Source: Octopus vulgaris (Eukaryota). Taken from it: DNA of 64,000 bases. Made by a program: the position numbers and the translations under genes. This document shows positions 1 to 11,549 of the stretch, in pieces. Below the pieces are notes generated by a model. The model ran no database searches. It was not told the DNA's origin and worked only from the letters and a program-made list of their open reading frames with translations. The number at the start of each line of letters is the position of its first letter. The stretch's first letter is position 1. The stretch is from positions 202,492,001 through 202,556,000 of the forward strand of contig OX597815.1 in assembly GCA_951406725.2 (NCBI GenBank), written 5' to 3'.

Positions 1-1164
1 ATTAAAGTTAATAATTTCATTATTACTAGCTAGTTTGTTTTCAGTGTTAATATTTATTTTTCTAAACCATGGATAAAAGAAATGAAGGAAATTTCAAATT
101 ATGAATTTTTCCCCATGGGTGTACGCTATATGGTCTTATGGACACATTTCTATCGATATCCATGATACTGCTTTCTAATCTTCTTCACATTTGACTTTTA
201 TATAATTTCCAAATGATGTCATTAATTGATTTTCGTTACATATAAATGTTTTGTTTCGATATTTTTCATGTAATTTCAAGCAGATTTCACTAATATTCAG
301 AAAGTCTCATAGTGGTAATATGTTTGCTATTGTTAGCGTTTACAAGATATTTAACTTCATTTGTCAGACTTTTAAGCAGGGGTATCTTACGCACTCACAA
401 GTACAGTTAAACTGTATTTTATCGGTAGATATGTAAATAAATGCGGACTGACAATTTGCCCGTAATATTTTCTCGAAGAATTTCTAATGTATTTCGAACG
501 AAGGCAGTTTTGTTGTCATGTACTCTAAAACTTAATGTTGACATGGTTTGCGAACCACTTCTAGAAATTATATCTGTTATATCAAGATCTAACAGCCACT
601 TAAAATACATGCGGCAACACAATCTAGGCACCGAAAAAAACAGAGAAAATCGTACTTTCTGTTACATTCAATAAATTCATAGTAGAAGCATAGAAACTCT
701 GTTTTGTATGACAAATATATATTTATACCTGTTATAAAAGAGAACAGAGAAGATTGACAGTAGATAAATATACTCGTCAATAAAAGATAAATAATGAAAA
801 TATGAAGTGTTACAACATAATTAATTCAATCAAAGAAATGTACTACAACTGCTGGGAAGAATGTAAGAAGATAGTCGGCAAAATATGAACATGATATTTA
901 ATGGAATAACCTCATCAAAATAATCAATAACTAATCAGAATCGATGTTGAGCGACTCTGCTGTCGTCACCCAAAACGCGAGAATACATGTATGAAATAGA
1001 AAATGCATCCGGAAACAGTATAAACATATTGTGGGTAAACGCTATTGCACATATTTAATGAAGAATATATCTCAGAATAAAATAGTAGAATAAAGGACCA
1101 ATAGATATGATAGACAGGAGAAATTCGTTTATTCACAGAAATGCATAAAACAAACTCGTAAGAG

Positions 1165-1570
1165 TTGATTGATTGATTGATTGATTCTAGTTTCAGCTCA
1201 TGAGCTGTGGCCATGCTGGGGCACCGCCATTTGGTGTTGCTACTTGGTTTTACTTCACGAAAGCTTTTTAGCAACTGCCATTTGGTGCATGAGAGAGATC
1301 GATGCAGCTGCCCTCATCTGCACCTCCTGCTGTGAAGTTGGTTCATCTGGGACACCTGCCAGGAAGAGATCCAGTTCCATTTTAAAGACATCTGCATCCA
1401 CCCCATGCAGGTCTCTCAGGTTCTTCGGGAGGATATTGAAGAGCTGTGGGCCACGGAAGCCCAGGCTATCACAGTATCTTGTCCTACATCTTGATGGCAA
1501 ATTTGGAGTCCTAGGCACCACGCAGTGGCGCCCAGTTCTGGCATTTGTGTAACTCTCGATGCCAAAGTTA
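1165..1570 (-). mobile_element. 3' fragment of a CR1/L2-like LINE (ORF2 C-terminus, 3' UTR and (ATCA)n tail)
   Basis: ORF 1255..1521 reads SLGFRGPQLFNILP...DVFKMELDLFLAGVPDEP, the typical C-terminal pattern of CR1/L2-group ORF2. The element ends ggcggtgccccagcatggccacagctcatgagctgaaactaga followed by (ATCA)n. Confidence 0.75.
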
Positions 1571-1849
1571 ATGTGTAAAATCCTAGTAAATCTGCTAAAT
1601 CGGGACTAGTTGTGTGACAAGTACGAAGTAGGTTTCATAATGCTCAAATGGACGCATAGGAAAACTAAATCGGGTCATCAGATCTCAACTCAGCATACAT
1701 TCCTGTAGGCGAGGAGATATAGATAGTACAGATTGTTAGAATTTGAAGCGGTCAGCAACACAAAATACATGTTTAAAATCAGCATTGTCGATACAGATAG
1801 TATTCATGTGCTGAGGCTTCGTTAGAGGAAGCTAAAGGCGACTTTCGCA

Positions 1850-3250
1850 GTGTGCTAATTTTGCAGAGACCAGTTTAGCGAATTTGTTAAGGAAGAAATA
1901 ATTGTAGAAATCATCAACAGCAGACGGTAGCTAGCCCTAAAAAGAGAAAAGTGATAGAGTCAAGAGGTTAATCTAGTTAGGATCCTCGAAGAGGCACCAT
2001 GAAAAGGCATCGCCAACGATGTGCCCGCGGCGCGATAGCCCTTGGTCTATTTTCGCAACAAGGAGCACAAATGTTGCATTGTAAGAGTTCGGGTGCATAC
2101 TTTAAGACATAAAACAAAAACCAAAAAAATCTTCGATGAGCACAACTGGCCTATCGAACAATATTTCTTGTTGTCTTAAGGCGTTTCATTTTCTTCATGT
2201 CTTTTTACATGCACAACTTGGCACTTTGGACAGACTATGTTGGGCATGTGGTACTAGCTTCTTAGGATATACGTACGAATTTTGCAGAAATATGCAGAGT
2301 AGACGGCATATTTGCCGTGGAGATGGACTTTGTCATCTTTCTAAATATCCTGGGAGTTCGGAGTTCTGCGCAAGTCCGATAACATCTGATAAATACTTGA
2401 GTCGATGGATGACTACTCCGGTGAGACATCGGGGACATCAACAGGCTGTCCTGTAAGCTTTACGTTCATATGGCACTCTGGTTCGGTGACATTTCGGTTA
2501 ACGTTTACTTTAACAGGTAGAAAGATAGGAGAATTCTACCTAATGTGATTTGTAGCGTGTTGTTTTGAAAGAGCCCGATCATAAGGGTCAACTTTGAGAA
2601 TTTTAAACCTGTAAACTTACTAGACATAGACTACAAGACTTTGGCTTATACGGTGGCAAGAGGACTCGGCTTCGCCTTGGTTGTTTTGGTAGAAACGCAC
2701 ATACAATATAACATTGTAAATACTTCTATACATGACAACCTTACCTGATCTATCGTAGAAAGTGTAGATAAAGAATTCATTTGTAGAGCTTAATAAGTTT
2801 AGGGCAATCATAAGCGGTCGATAAGTTCTGCAACATCCACCAGAAACGTTTTTTCAACATAATTTTTCCGTATGATATCCGGTCGATTAATCTGAATTCC
2901 CCAATCAGTTTGAACAATGAAATTCCAAAGGATGATAATTTCAGTATTCCGGACAACTCTGTGATGTTTATGTTCCCATCAATGTGTCTGATCTGACCTG
3001 TTATGTTTTTGGAAGTAATATTTAGGAGCGCATCCATGAGAAGTCGACTACATGATCTCTTAATGCAGTGGACTGGCACATAGAGAATGGCAAGGAACGA
3101 TGAACTGTTTTCATATTTCAGAATATTATAGAAGTAATTCTTGAATGGAAGGTAATGATCCTGAGCAAATATATTATACCTCTCAATTTCCAGCTTCATC
3201 ATGCTAATCGTTGCTAAGTGTTACGTCTACATCAGGGTCATTAGCACTAA
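1850..3250 (-). mobile_element. Highly degenerate Ty3/Gypsy-like pol remnant (RNase H tail to integrase)
   Basis: Decayed motifs lie in colinear order on the - strand: FAQDHYL (~YTDHKPL), GQIRHIDGNIN (~DIRHIDGKDN), KRFWW...CPK (~integrase H2C2), DRSG...SSCHRISQSLV (~DRG...TAYHPQSNGLV) and PFHGASSRILTR (~PYHGPFRVL). Many stops and frameshifts; no LTRs seen. Confidence 0.4.
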
Positions 3251-3439
3251 TTGGTCACTTGCCATGCATTTTCGCTATTACGTGCAAGTTTTGGGTATAT
3301 TTCTGTCTACAGACTGCGTTTGGTATGATAGTTCTCAAGGATCATGGGATTGATTAGAAGTTGATGCTTGCATTCATATGAGTCCCCTCAGCACCATTTA
3401 TGTTCAGCTGGGAAAATATCGTTCTCTTCGATAAAGGCT

Positions 3440-3858
3440 TACTATCAAAATGATACTGGGGTAAAGTATATGAAACCTAATATACCCATCATGTCTACTC
3501 GTCTGATAACCGCACACCAGGTATATGCATTACAACCATACGTGCGCAACAGGGTAATCTCATATCAAGATATGCAGCGCATAATCTTGTAGGTTAGAAT
3601 TTTCTTCACGTCGTGTATCCCATCCCACTCAAAAGCTCCCTGAATAAGGGTTTTTTAAGGATAATAAATGAAATACACATGTTTCCAGAGGGTGAATTAT
3701 TCAAATCCCAAAGAATTTCTATCAACACATGACTATGATTCTCCGACACTACTTCTGTTCGTGATCGGAGATGCACATATCGTCAGCCACTAATGGACAT
3801 GCTAAAATGTTTAAGGTCAACCAACTGACAACCACATCTGTGGTGTTTAGCAGAATAT
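3440..3858 (-). mobile_element. Diverged partial copy of the ~500 bp (TAA)n-associated non-coding repeat (see 21367-21871)
   Basis: The reverse complement aligns by eye with 21480-21871, e.g. ttagtggctgacgatatgtgcatctc and ccttattcaggga. Confidence 0.8.
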
Positions 3859-3985
<127 letters not shown>

Positions 3986-3992
3986 AATATTT

Positions 3993-4210
3993 AAGGCGGC
4001 GAGCTGGTAGAATCGTAAGCCAGACAGGCGAAGTAATTAGCGGTATTTCGTCCGACTTCAAGTTCTAAGTTCAAATTCTCCGAGGTCGACTATGCCCTTC
4101 ACCATTTTGAGGTCGATAAATTAAGTATCAGAAAAACACTAGGGTCGATGTAATCGGCTAATCGCCTCCCCCAAATTTTCAGGCCGTGTGCCTTTAGTAG
4201 AAATGATTAT
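3993..4210 (+). mobile_element. tRNA-derived SINE family 1 (MetaSINE-like central domain), diverged copy
   Basis: Head ggcggcgagctgg, B-box aagttcaaattc, central gaggtcgac...ggtcgataaattaagta and tail ggccgtgtgcctttagtagaaa. Similar to six other copies in the window. Confidence 0.85.
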
Positions 4211-4229
4211 CATTACTATTTTATCTTAA

Positions 4230-4986
4230 TCACTGGTTTTGTTGGCGCTCCTGGTATTTTGCATGCTCAACGGGCTTACTACCTGCAGCCTACGGTACCG
4301 TGCTCTTCGTTACATTCAGCTATTTAATATTTTCCTGATTATTCTGAGCGTGCCAAGTAGGCAAACTTTTCGTAATAGTTATATTGGGCGCTCTATTCCA
4401 AATTCCTTTATATTCCTTTTGGTGCCTTATGATAGTTTCCCATTGACCCTACAATAATAATAACTATCTTCATCTTCTTCATTCTCCATAGCCAGGTTAT
4501 TCCGTACTTAAGAAAGTTGTATCCATCTACCTTTTCGCCTAGCTTTTTGACTATTTGTGGGTCAAAGGGGCATGCAACATCAACTATATAGCATTTGTGT
4601 TGCACATTGTCCACTACCACTAGGTCCGGGCTGTTAGACTCTAGCACCTGATCTGTTTGTATTGGGAAATCCCAGTGTATTTTGCTAGTCTCCGATTCCG
4701 TTACTCTCTGTGGTTTTTGCTCACACCACGTCTTGCCTCACTCTAGTCCCCACGTTTCGCAAAGTTTCCAATGTAACACTTTCGCTACCTGGTCGTGTCG
4801 CCACAATTTATAGTTGTTTTGGGCAAATCTAGAGCATTCGTTCCGTGATATGAGCAATGGTTCAATCCATTCTATTGCAGATGCAGCACAGCGGATACAC
4901 TTGCTCATTCCAATGGTTGACTCTCCAGTTCATGGCCAAAGCTTGGTCTTGCGAGGTTGACCCTACAGCCCGTGGCCAAAGCTTGG
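4230..4986 (-). mobile_element. 5'-truncated RLE non-LTR retrotransposon (R4/Dong-like), family A
   Basis: AQDQAL, decayed CCHC, RHDQVA..LHWKLC, SPDLVVVD...CYIVDVACPFD (RLE PD-(D/E)xK) and terminal KVCLLGTLRIIRK. (TTA)n lies at its 5' junction (4988-5010). Confidence 0.85.
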
Positions 4987-5024
4987 ATTATTATTATTAT
5001 TATTATTATTAGTTACGTGTAATC

Positions 5025-6040
5025 TGCATGTGTATTACAATCTCTCGCCGAGATACACCCAGCATCCTAGGGCGAGTGTAGGATAAGAAATGTTACCGTA
5101 TGACTGAAATCTTGGGGAGGGGTAGTGGCAGAGGCAGTAGCGGAATATCTTCATGCAATACAACATAGACATTTTAATTGATAGGGTTTTTCTATGCGGG
5201 CAGTACTTGTCAGCACAATCTTATGGATTTCTCTGAAACATGGTTGTCCTGGGATATTATCTAGATGTTTTAAACATCCCTTTCTTATTACACCTAGGGC
5301 ACCGGCAATAACATGAACGGCATCTCGCTTTAAGATGCCGTATCTTCTGTATTTCAATTTCCAGGTCCTTATATAAGTATTTTCTCCTCCCGCTTTAATG
5401 ACAATATCTAGTGGATTATCCTGGATCGTTCTGTGGGTTTTTTTCATTGGAAAATCTTAAAGGATAGTGAGATTTTTGCTTTCAACGACTGGCTCAGCAT
5501 GTTGTCCATACCAGTATGCAGAAGTGATGTTCTTGTAGTGTTTACATAGTTTCCAATGTAAATACTGTCCTAACCTATCGTAGCGATTTTTTTATTTGTT
5601 TGGTGTCAGCACAGGACATCCCAAAACGTGATGGTCTATTGTTTCATCAAATTTATCGCAGAATCCGTATTTAGGGCTAGAACCGTTTTCAAGAACGTTA
5701 TCCCGGTAGTTTTTTGTAAGCAAGCTTTGAGCTTGTGCTGCAAATATGAAACCTTCAGTCTCTGCTTTTAGTTCTGAGCTTCTCAGCCACTGATGGGTTG
5801 TTGCTTGGTCGACATCAACATTTCGGCTTCGAAATATATTCGGTCCATGAAGAGGCTTATGGCTCCACCGAATTTCTTTCTACTCATTTTTCTGGGTATT
5901 TTTTTTTTTTTTGGCAGTCTGTTTGATCCATTTGTTTTTTCTCGTGACAGTGGTTGCAGATTCTTCACATGATTCAGTGCTAGTGTCAAGTTCTCTTGTG
6001 AATTTGCAAGCTTCCATAACAATAGAATCTGATTTTATAT
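5025..6040 (-). mobile_element. 5'-truncated RLE non-LTR retrotransposon (R4/Dong-like), family B, degenerate
   Basis: LRSSELKAETEGFIFAAQ..SL, ETIDH...GCPVL, DRLGQYLHWKL and VIAGALGVI. Frameshifted and bounded by (TTA)n on both sides. Confidence 0.85.
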
Positions 6041-6046
6041 TTTTGC

Positions 6047-6087
<41 letters not shown>

Positions 6088-6089
<2 letters not shown>

Positions 6090-6800
6090 TTTTTTTTTTC
6101 TTCTTTCAAATTTGCTTCCATTTCTTGCCGAGTGTCTTCCCGACTCCTAGGGCAAAGAAACTCATAGTATACATTGGTAGGCCATTAAACCAAACTCAAT
6201 AGTTCGTTCATTTTTTTTTTTTTTTTTTTTAAAGTTAAATTAAAATACATGAGCAGCAACAGTTCTCACATCGACAATGCTTTTCTCAATACGTGTGATG
6301 TACCAATTAAGACAATCTTTTGCACTTCTTGCAGGGATGGTAAGCCAGGGATCATTCTCATATAATTTTCGGTTCCCTTCTTGATCATTCCTAGTGCTCC
6401 TACGATCACTGGTATTGTAACCGCCTTGAGATGCCACATTTTCTCAATTTCAATGAGTAGGTCTTTATATTTTCTGAGCTTGTCAAACTCTTTCGCTGAG
6501 ATATTATGATCACAGGGGATGCTCATGTCGATCAATAAGCAAACTTTATTGTTTTGGTCTTTCACAACAATATCTGGTTTATTGGCCTTGATGGTTCGGT
6601 CTGTATGTACTGGAAAGTCCCACAGAATGGTTACATTTTCTCCTTCAGTTACAGCCTCAGGGTGGTGATTATACCACTTGTCGTCAGTTTTGATATTGTA
6701 ATGCCAGTGGAGATATTGGCCAACTCTGTCATGTCTTAATTTATACTCCACTGGTGCTAAGACTTTACATCCAGAGATTAGGTGATCCACTGTTTCAATC
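6088..6800 (-). mobile_element. 5'-truncated RLE non-LTR retrotransposon, family C (uninterrupted 174-aa RLE domain plus 3' UTR)
   Basis: ORF 6266..6790 reads DHLISGC..RHDRVGQYLHW..ILWDFPVHTDRTIKANKPDIVV..CLLIDMSIP..KYKDL..IPVIVGALG. Flanked by (TTA)n. Confidence 0.92.
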
Positions 6801-6821
6801 TTCTTCTTATTATTATTATTC

Positions 6822-9062
6822 AGTAGTTTTATTTTTATAGCGTGCTTTCACTTCACTACCGAGCACAGCTCTGTGTGCCTTGGGTATGTGCTGTGATTTG
6901 TTGTGATGCTCTGATGGTTATTGTATGGAAAGTGCTCTGCGTAGGATGTGTGCAGTGCCTAGTAGTGCAATTTTCTGTATGATATATGTGTTTGTAAGTC
7001 CTGGTGTTTTTGTTATGTATTTGTCTGAATATTTTTTTATCATGCTTAATGCACCTACTATGATAGGAATTGTTTCTGCTTTCAGATTCCACATTCTAGT
7101 TACCTCTATTTCCAGGTCTTTGTATTTTGAGATTTTCTCCATTTCTTTTAGAGACACGTTGTCATCTGCCGGTATTGATACATCAATTAGAAAGCATTTT
7201 TTTCTTCATGATCTCTGACAACTATATCTGGTCTGTTGGCCTTAATTTCTCTATCTGTGTGTATCGGCATATACCCAGAGTATGGTTGCTTTCTCGTTTT
7301 CTGTAACCTTTTCTGGTGTGTGCCTATACCCTCTCTTTTCTGTTGTTATTCCATAATGTTGGCATAGCTTCCAGTGTATGTAGGTTCCAACTCTGTCATG
7401 TCTGTGAATATATTCCTTCTTAGCCAGGACTGGGCAGCTAGAGATAATATGATTTATTGTTTCTTGTCCATCTCCACATATTCTGCAGTTACTTGTAATA
7501 TTTCTTTTCATTACATGTTTTTGGTAATTTCTGGTGGGGAGGCTTTGGTCTTGTGCTGCAATTAAAAATCCCTCTGTTTCTGCTTTGAGTCCTGAGCTTC
7601 TCAACCATTCCTGGGATCTTTCTTTGTCTATTTCTTTTGCGTTTAGTTTAGTGCAGTATTTACCATGAAGGGGCTTTTCTTGCCATCGTTTTATCATGGT
7701 TCGTTGCTGTTCTATTTTTAGTTTGGATTTCATTTGTTTTATAGCTTTTGTTGTTTCTTCATCATCTTCTTCTTCTTCTTCGTGTTTATTAGGTGGTATG
7801 ATTTCTTGTTTGTATTTATCAGCTTCCTTAAATACTGAGAACAGTTTTCTGTTTTGCTCGTGTTTTGCTGCTATCTGGATCAGTTTTCCTTCCTTCTGAA
7901 GTAGGTATTTTTGCAGTCCTATGGTGGTTATTTTATAGTAGTTTTCCAGCTGTATAAGGCCTCTACCACCTTCTATACGTTGTATATATAGTCTTTCTAT
8001 GTCAGATTTTGGGTGATGCATCCTAGATCCTGTCAGTATTTTTCTTGTTTTGGACAGTTCATTTCGTGTCCAGTTAAGGATACTGTAGCTGTAACTTATA
8101 ACTGGGACAGCTAAAGTGTTGGTACCTATTATCTTGTTTTTAGCATTGAGCTCTGTTTTTAGTATTGATCTAATTCGTCTATAATATTCTTTTTTTATTT
8201 TCTCTTTCATTTGTGTGTGTTGTGTCTTATCTAGTTCATGGATTCCTAAGTATTTGTAAGTTTGGCTTTGGTCTAATTCTTTTATTTCATTGGTTTTATC
8301 TAGTGTGATGTTGTTACTTTTAACTAGTTTTCCTGTTTTCATGGTTACTTTGGCGCATTTTTCTAATCCAAATTTCATATCTATTTCTTTGGTAAATCCA
8401 TGAACTGTCTTTAATAGTGTTTCCAGCTGTTTGTCATTTGCAGCGTATAGTTTTAGGTCATCCATATATAAAAGGTGGTTGATCGTTTTGCCGTAACATT
8501 TATATCCGCATCCAGTTCTATTTAGCATATCAGATAGAGGTGACAGTGCCAAGCAGAAAAGGAGTGGAGAGAGCGTGTCTCCCTGGAATATTCCTCTTCT
8601 GATGGGGATGTCTTTGGTTTTCATGAGTCCCTCTTTTGTTTGGAGATGTAGGACTGTTTGCCATTTATTCATAGAGTGCTCTATGAATTTTATGATTGTT
8701 GGTGCTACTTTGTTAATGGCTAGTGTTTCAAGGATCCATGTGTGGGGGATGCTATCAAACGCCTTTTTGTAGTCAATCCAGGCCATACTGAGGCCTTTCT
8801 TCTTTCTGTGGCTGTCTTCAGTTACGGCTTTATTAATCATTAGTTGATCTTTACAGCCATATGAGCCTTTGCGGCATCCTTTCTGCTCTTCTGGGAACAG
8901 TTTGTTTTCGTCCAGGTGCTTGTTCAGCCTTTGCGATATCACTGCAGTAAATGCCTTGAACATAGTAGGGAGGCAGGTTATTGGTCTGTAGTTTTCTGGT
9001 TTTGCTGTTTCATTTGATTTGGGAATTAAGATGGTTTTCCCCTTCGTGAGCCATTCGTGAGG

Positions 9063-9063
<1 letters not shown>
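6822..9063 (-). mobile_element. 5'-truncated, young RLE non-LTR retrotransposon (R4/Dong-like), family D
   Basis: Carries a complete RT domain, a CCHC knuckle and an RLE domain, with a 3' UTR at 6822-6917. The 5' end abuts (TTA)n at 9064. Confidence 0.95.
6918..9062 (-). pseudogene. Reverse transcriptase-CCHC-RLE polyprotein, 5'-truncated with one +1 frameshift near 7272
   Basis: NYRPITCL, EQKGCRKG, WIDYKKAFDSIPH, GIFQGDTLSPLLF, LLYMDDLKL, YKYLG and CRICG..ETINHIISSC. Removing one T in ctctgggtatatgccg restores ILWDMPIHTDREIKANRPDIVV and joins ORF 6918..7157. The poly-M/I N-terminus in the ORF track is microsatellite. Confidence 0.93.
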
Positions 9064-9131
<68 letters not shown>

Positions 9132-9138
9132 CATCATC

Positions 9139-9211
<73 letters not shown>

Positions 9212-9230
9212 TTATTATGATTATTATTAT
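9064..9230. repeat. (TTA)n/(CAT)n microsatellite
   Basis: Seen directly in the sequence. Confidence 0.97.
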
Positions 9231-9934
9231 CGCTGTTGTTGTTATTCTCTAGTAGTGATATTGCCCTTGGTGTCGTTCTGTTGATCTGTGTTGTTACTTT
9301 TAGACGTTGCTACTTTTGTCGTTACTATTTTCGATGTTCTGGCTTACGTCTTTAGCAAGGGTTGACTTGTTATTGTTGTTATCGTCGTTGTAAATATTCT
9401 TTATATAAAATATGCTTGTACAAGTAGGCAACAAACCAAAATAATTTTATTTTCCTTTCTTTTTGTTTTCCATTTCAAGAAGGTGCTTCTCATTTCACTA
9501 TATATCGATATTTTATGTACATAAATGTTAGAGCTGATAGAACAAGAACAGAAGCGAATATTCGAAATAAATATTGAAGCCATGACGTTGAACTCTTAGA
9601 GACAGCTCCTTCGTTAAATGCCTGTCTTACAACCAACAGAAACGTCAAGTACAACCGTACTTTTAACGTTACAGGAAATTATATGACTGAAGTCGAACGT
9701 AATTCCTTGCAATGGCAATATAAATGAATGTGACCCAGTAGAAGACAGGGTAGCACGTCGGGTAGAATTCTATGCGATGTTACTTCCTGTTCTTTATGCT
9801 TTGGTTTCAAATCCATCATTATTAATATTTACAGCTGACATTTTATCAGAGGAGCGAGACTATAAACCAGAGGTTGATGTATTCAGATATGTCCCTGGTG
9901 GGTATCCTTTTGCTTCTCCAGTGCAATTATATAC

Positions 9935-10155
9935 GTATTTCTTTATTACCCACAAGGGGCTAAAGACAGAGGGGACAAACAAGGACAGACATAGGTATTA
10001 AGTCGATTACATCGACCCGAGTGCGTAACTGGTACTTAATTTATCGACCCCGAAAGGATGAAAGGCAAAGTCGACCTCGGCGGAATTTGAACTCAGAACG
10101 TAACGACAGACGAAATACGGCTACACATTTCGCCCGGCGTACTAACGTTTCTGCC
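9935..10155 (-). mobile_element. SINE family 1 copy
   Basis: Reverse complement contains gagttcaaattccgccgaggtcgactttgcctttcatcctttcggggtcgataaattaagtaccag. The 5' end runs into (TACA)n. Confidence 0.92.
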
Positions 10156-10306
10156 ATACATACATACATACATACATACATACATACATACATACATACA
10201 CACATACACGCATTCTTAAGTACGCTCATTCATTTTATATCAAGCTAAACTACTGACCACTTGAGATCTATACACGCCGACAAACGAAATCATAATTTCT
10301 TATTTA

Positions 10307-10400
10307 TCATCATCAAAACATCATCATCATCATCGATGTCTTCGTCATCATCATCGTTGTCGTTGTTGTCGTCGTCCTCCTCCTCCTCATCATCATCATT

Positions 10401-10468
<68 letters not shown>

Positions 10469-10469
10469 T

Positions 10470-10511
<42 letters not shown>
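10307..10511. repeat. (CAT)n microsatellite
   Basis: Seen directly in the sequence. Confidence 0.97.
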
Positions 10512-11186
10512 GCCGCTATTTTCATAACCTTCCTTTGCTATGAGCTAGAAATCGTTATCACCTGGCGCATGCAATAAAAAATAAACTCTTTCGCTCTTTT
10601 GTTTGTTTTTGTCATATTTTTTTTTTCTTTGTCTGTAGTTTTTTTCTGCTTTAAACTTTCTGTTGTTCAAGTTTATTTCCTGTTCAAACTCGTTACGAAA
10701 TGAAAGATTGCTGAAGGTCTTCGTAGAAAATTTCCGATTGCAATACAATAGAGTTCGAAAGATTAACGAACTAGGTTATTACGGTACATAACAAAAGTAT
10801 TATTGAGGATATCCAACAATGTGAACTCGCATTCTAATACTGTGTAACAAATATTACCAAGTTTCCGAAAGGTTAAATGAGATTTCTTTTTCTTTCTCAA
10901 TTTCGTGTGTGTAAGTGTGTGCGTGTGTATTAGATTGTGTACTTGTTTCTGTATATTTGTCAATGTGTGTCTACTAGTGTTTATGTATTCCAGGGAAGTG
11001 TAGAATAAATGAGCAATATAATAAATAATGAGCATAAAATATAAATATATGATGAGGCTATCACTCTGTTGTTGAATATCCAGAGATCTTAGGCCTTTGG
11101 ATATGACACCGAATGACCGGATGGCAGTGAATCCATAGCTTTAAAGAGAAGAAAGGGAAACTAGCTCAAGGAATATTGTTCCCAAT

Positions 11187-11549
11187 TTTGGCACAAGGCC
11201 AGTATGTTCTTTTTCCCCGTTGCTAAACTGGGTCATATTAGTGTTTTATGGCTTTCGGCTACTGAATTGTCAGAGGGGGGAGGAATACGTCCAGCCGCTG
11301 TCAAGGCTGGTGCTCCTTATCTGAACCCACAAAACCTTAAAACTTTCTATGAAAATCTGACTTTTCTTTGCTTCCTCCCTAAGTAGATTTCATCAACTCC
11401 AGGATCCAACTTGTACCTACTTTATCCTACTTAAGGATAAAAAGCAAAGTCAACCTCGGCGGAATTTGAACTTAGAAGGAAATGACGGACGAAATGCTGC
11501 CAAAGCAAATTCCTCGGTGTGTTAATGATTCGGGCACCTCAACGCCTTA
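11187..11549 (-). mobile_element. Diverged SINE family 1 copy with ~180 bp of unrelated sequence between body and tail
   Basis: Body at 11381-11549 (aagttcaaattccgccgaggttgactttgc) and tail ctggccttgtgccaaaa at 11187-11203. Confidence 0.65.

Noticed and set aside
9063-9149. Poly-Met/Ile N-terminus of the 632-aa ORF as a signal or membrane segment
   Set aside because: It is the flanking (TTA)/(CAT) array; the element is 5'-truncated at ~9063.
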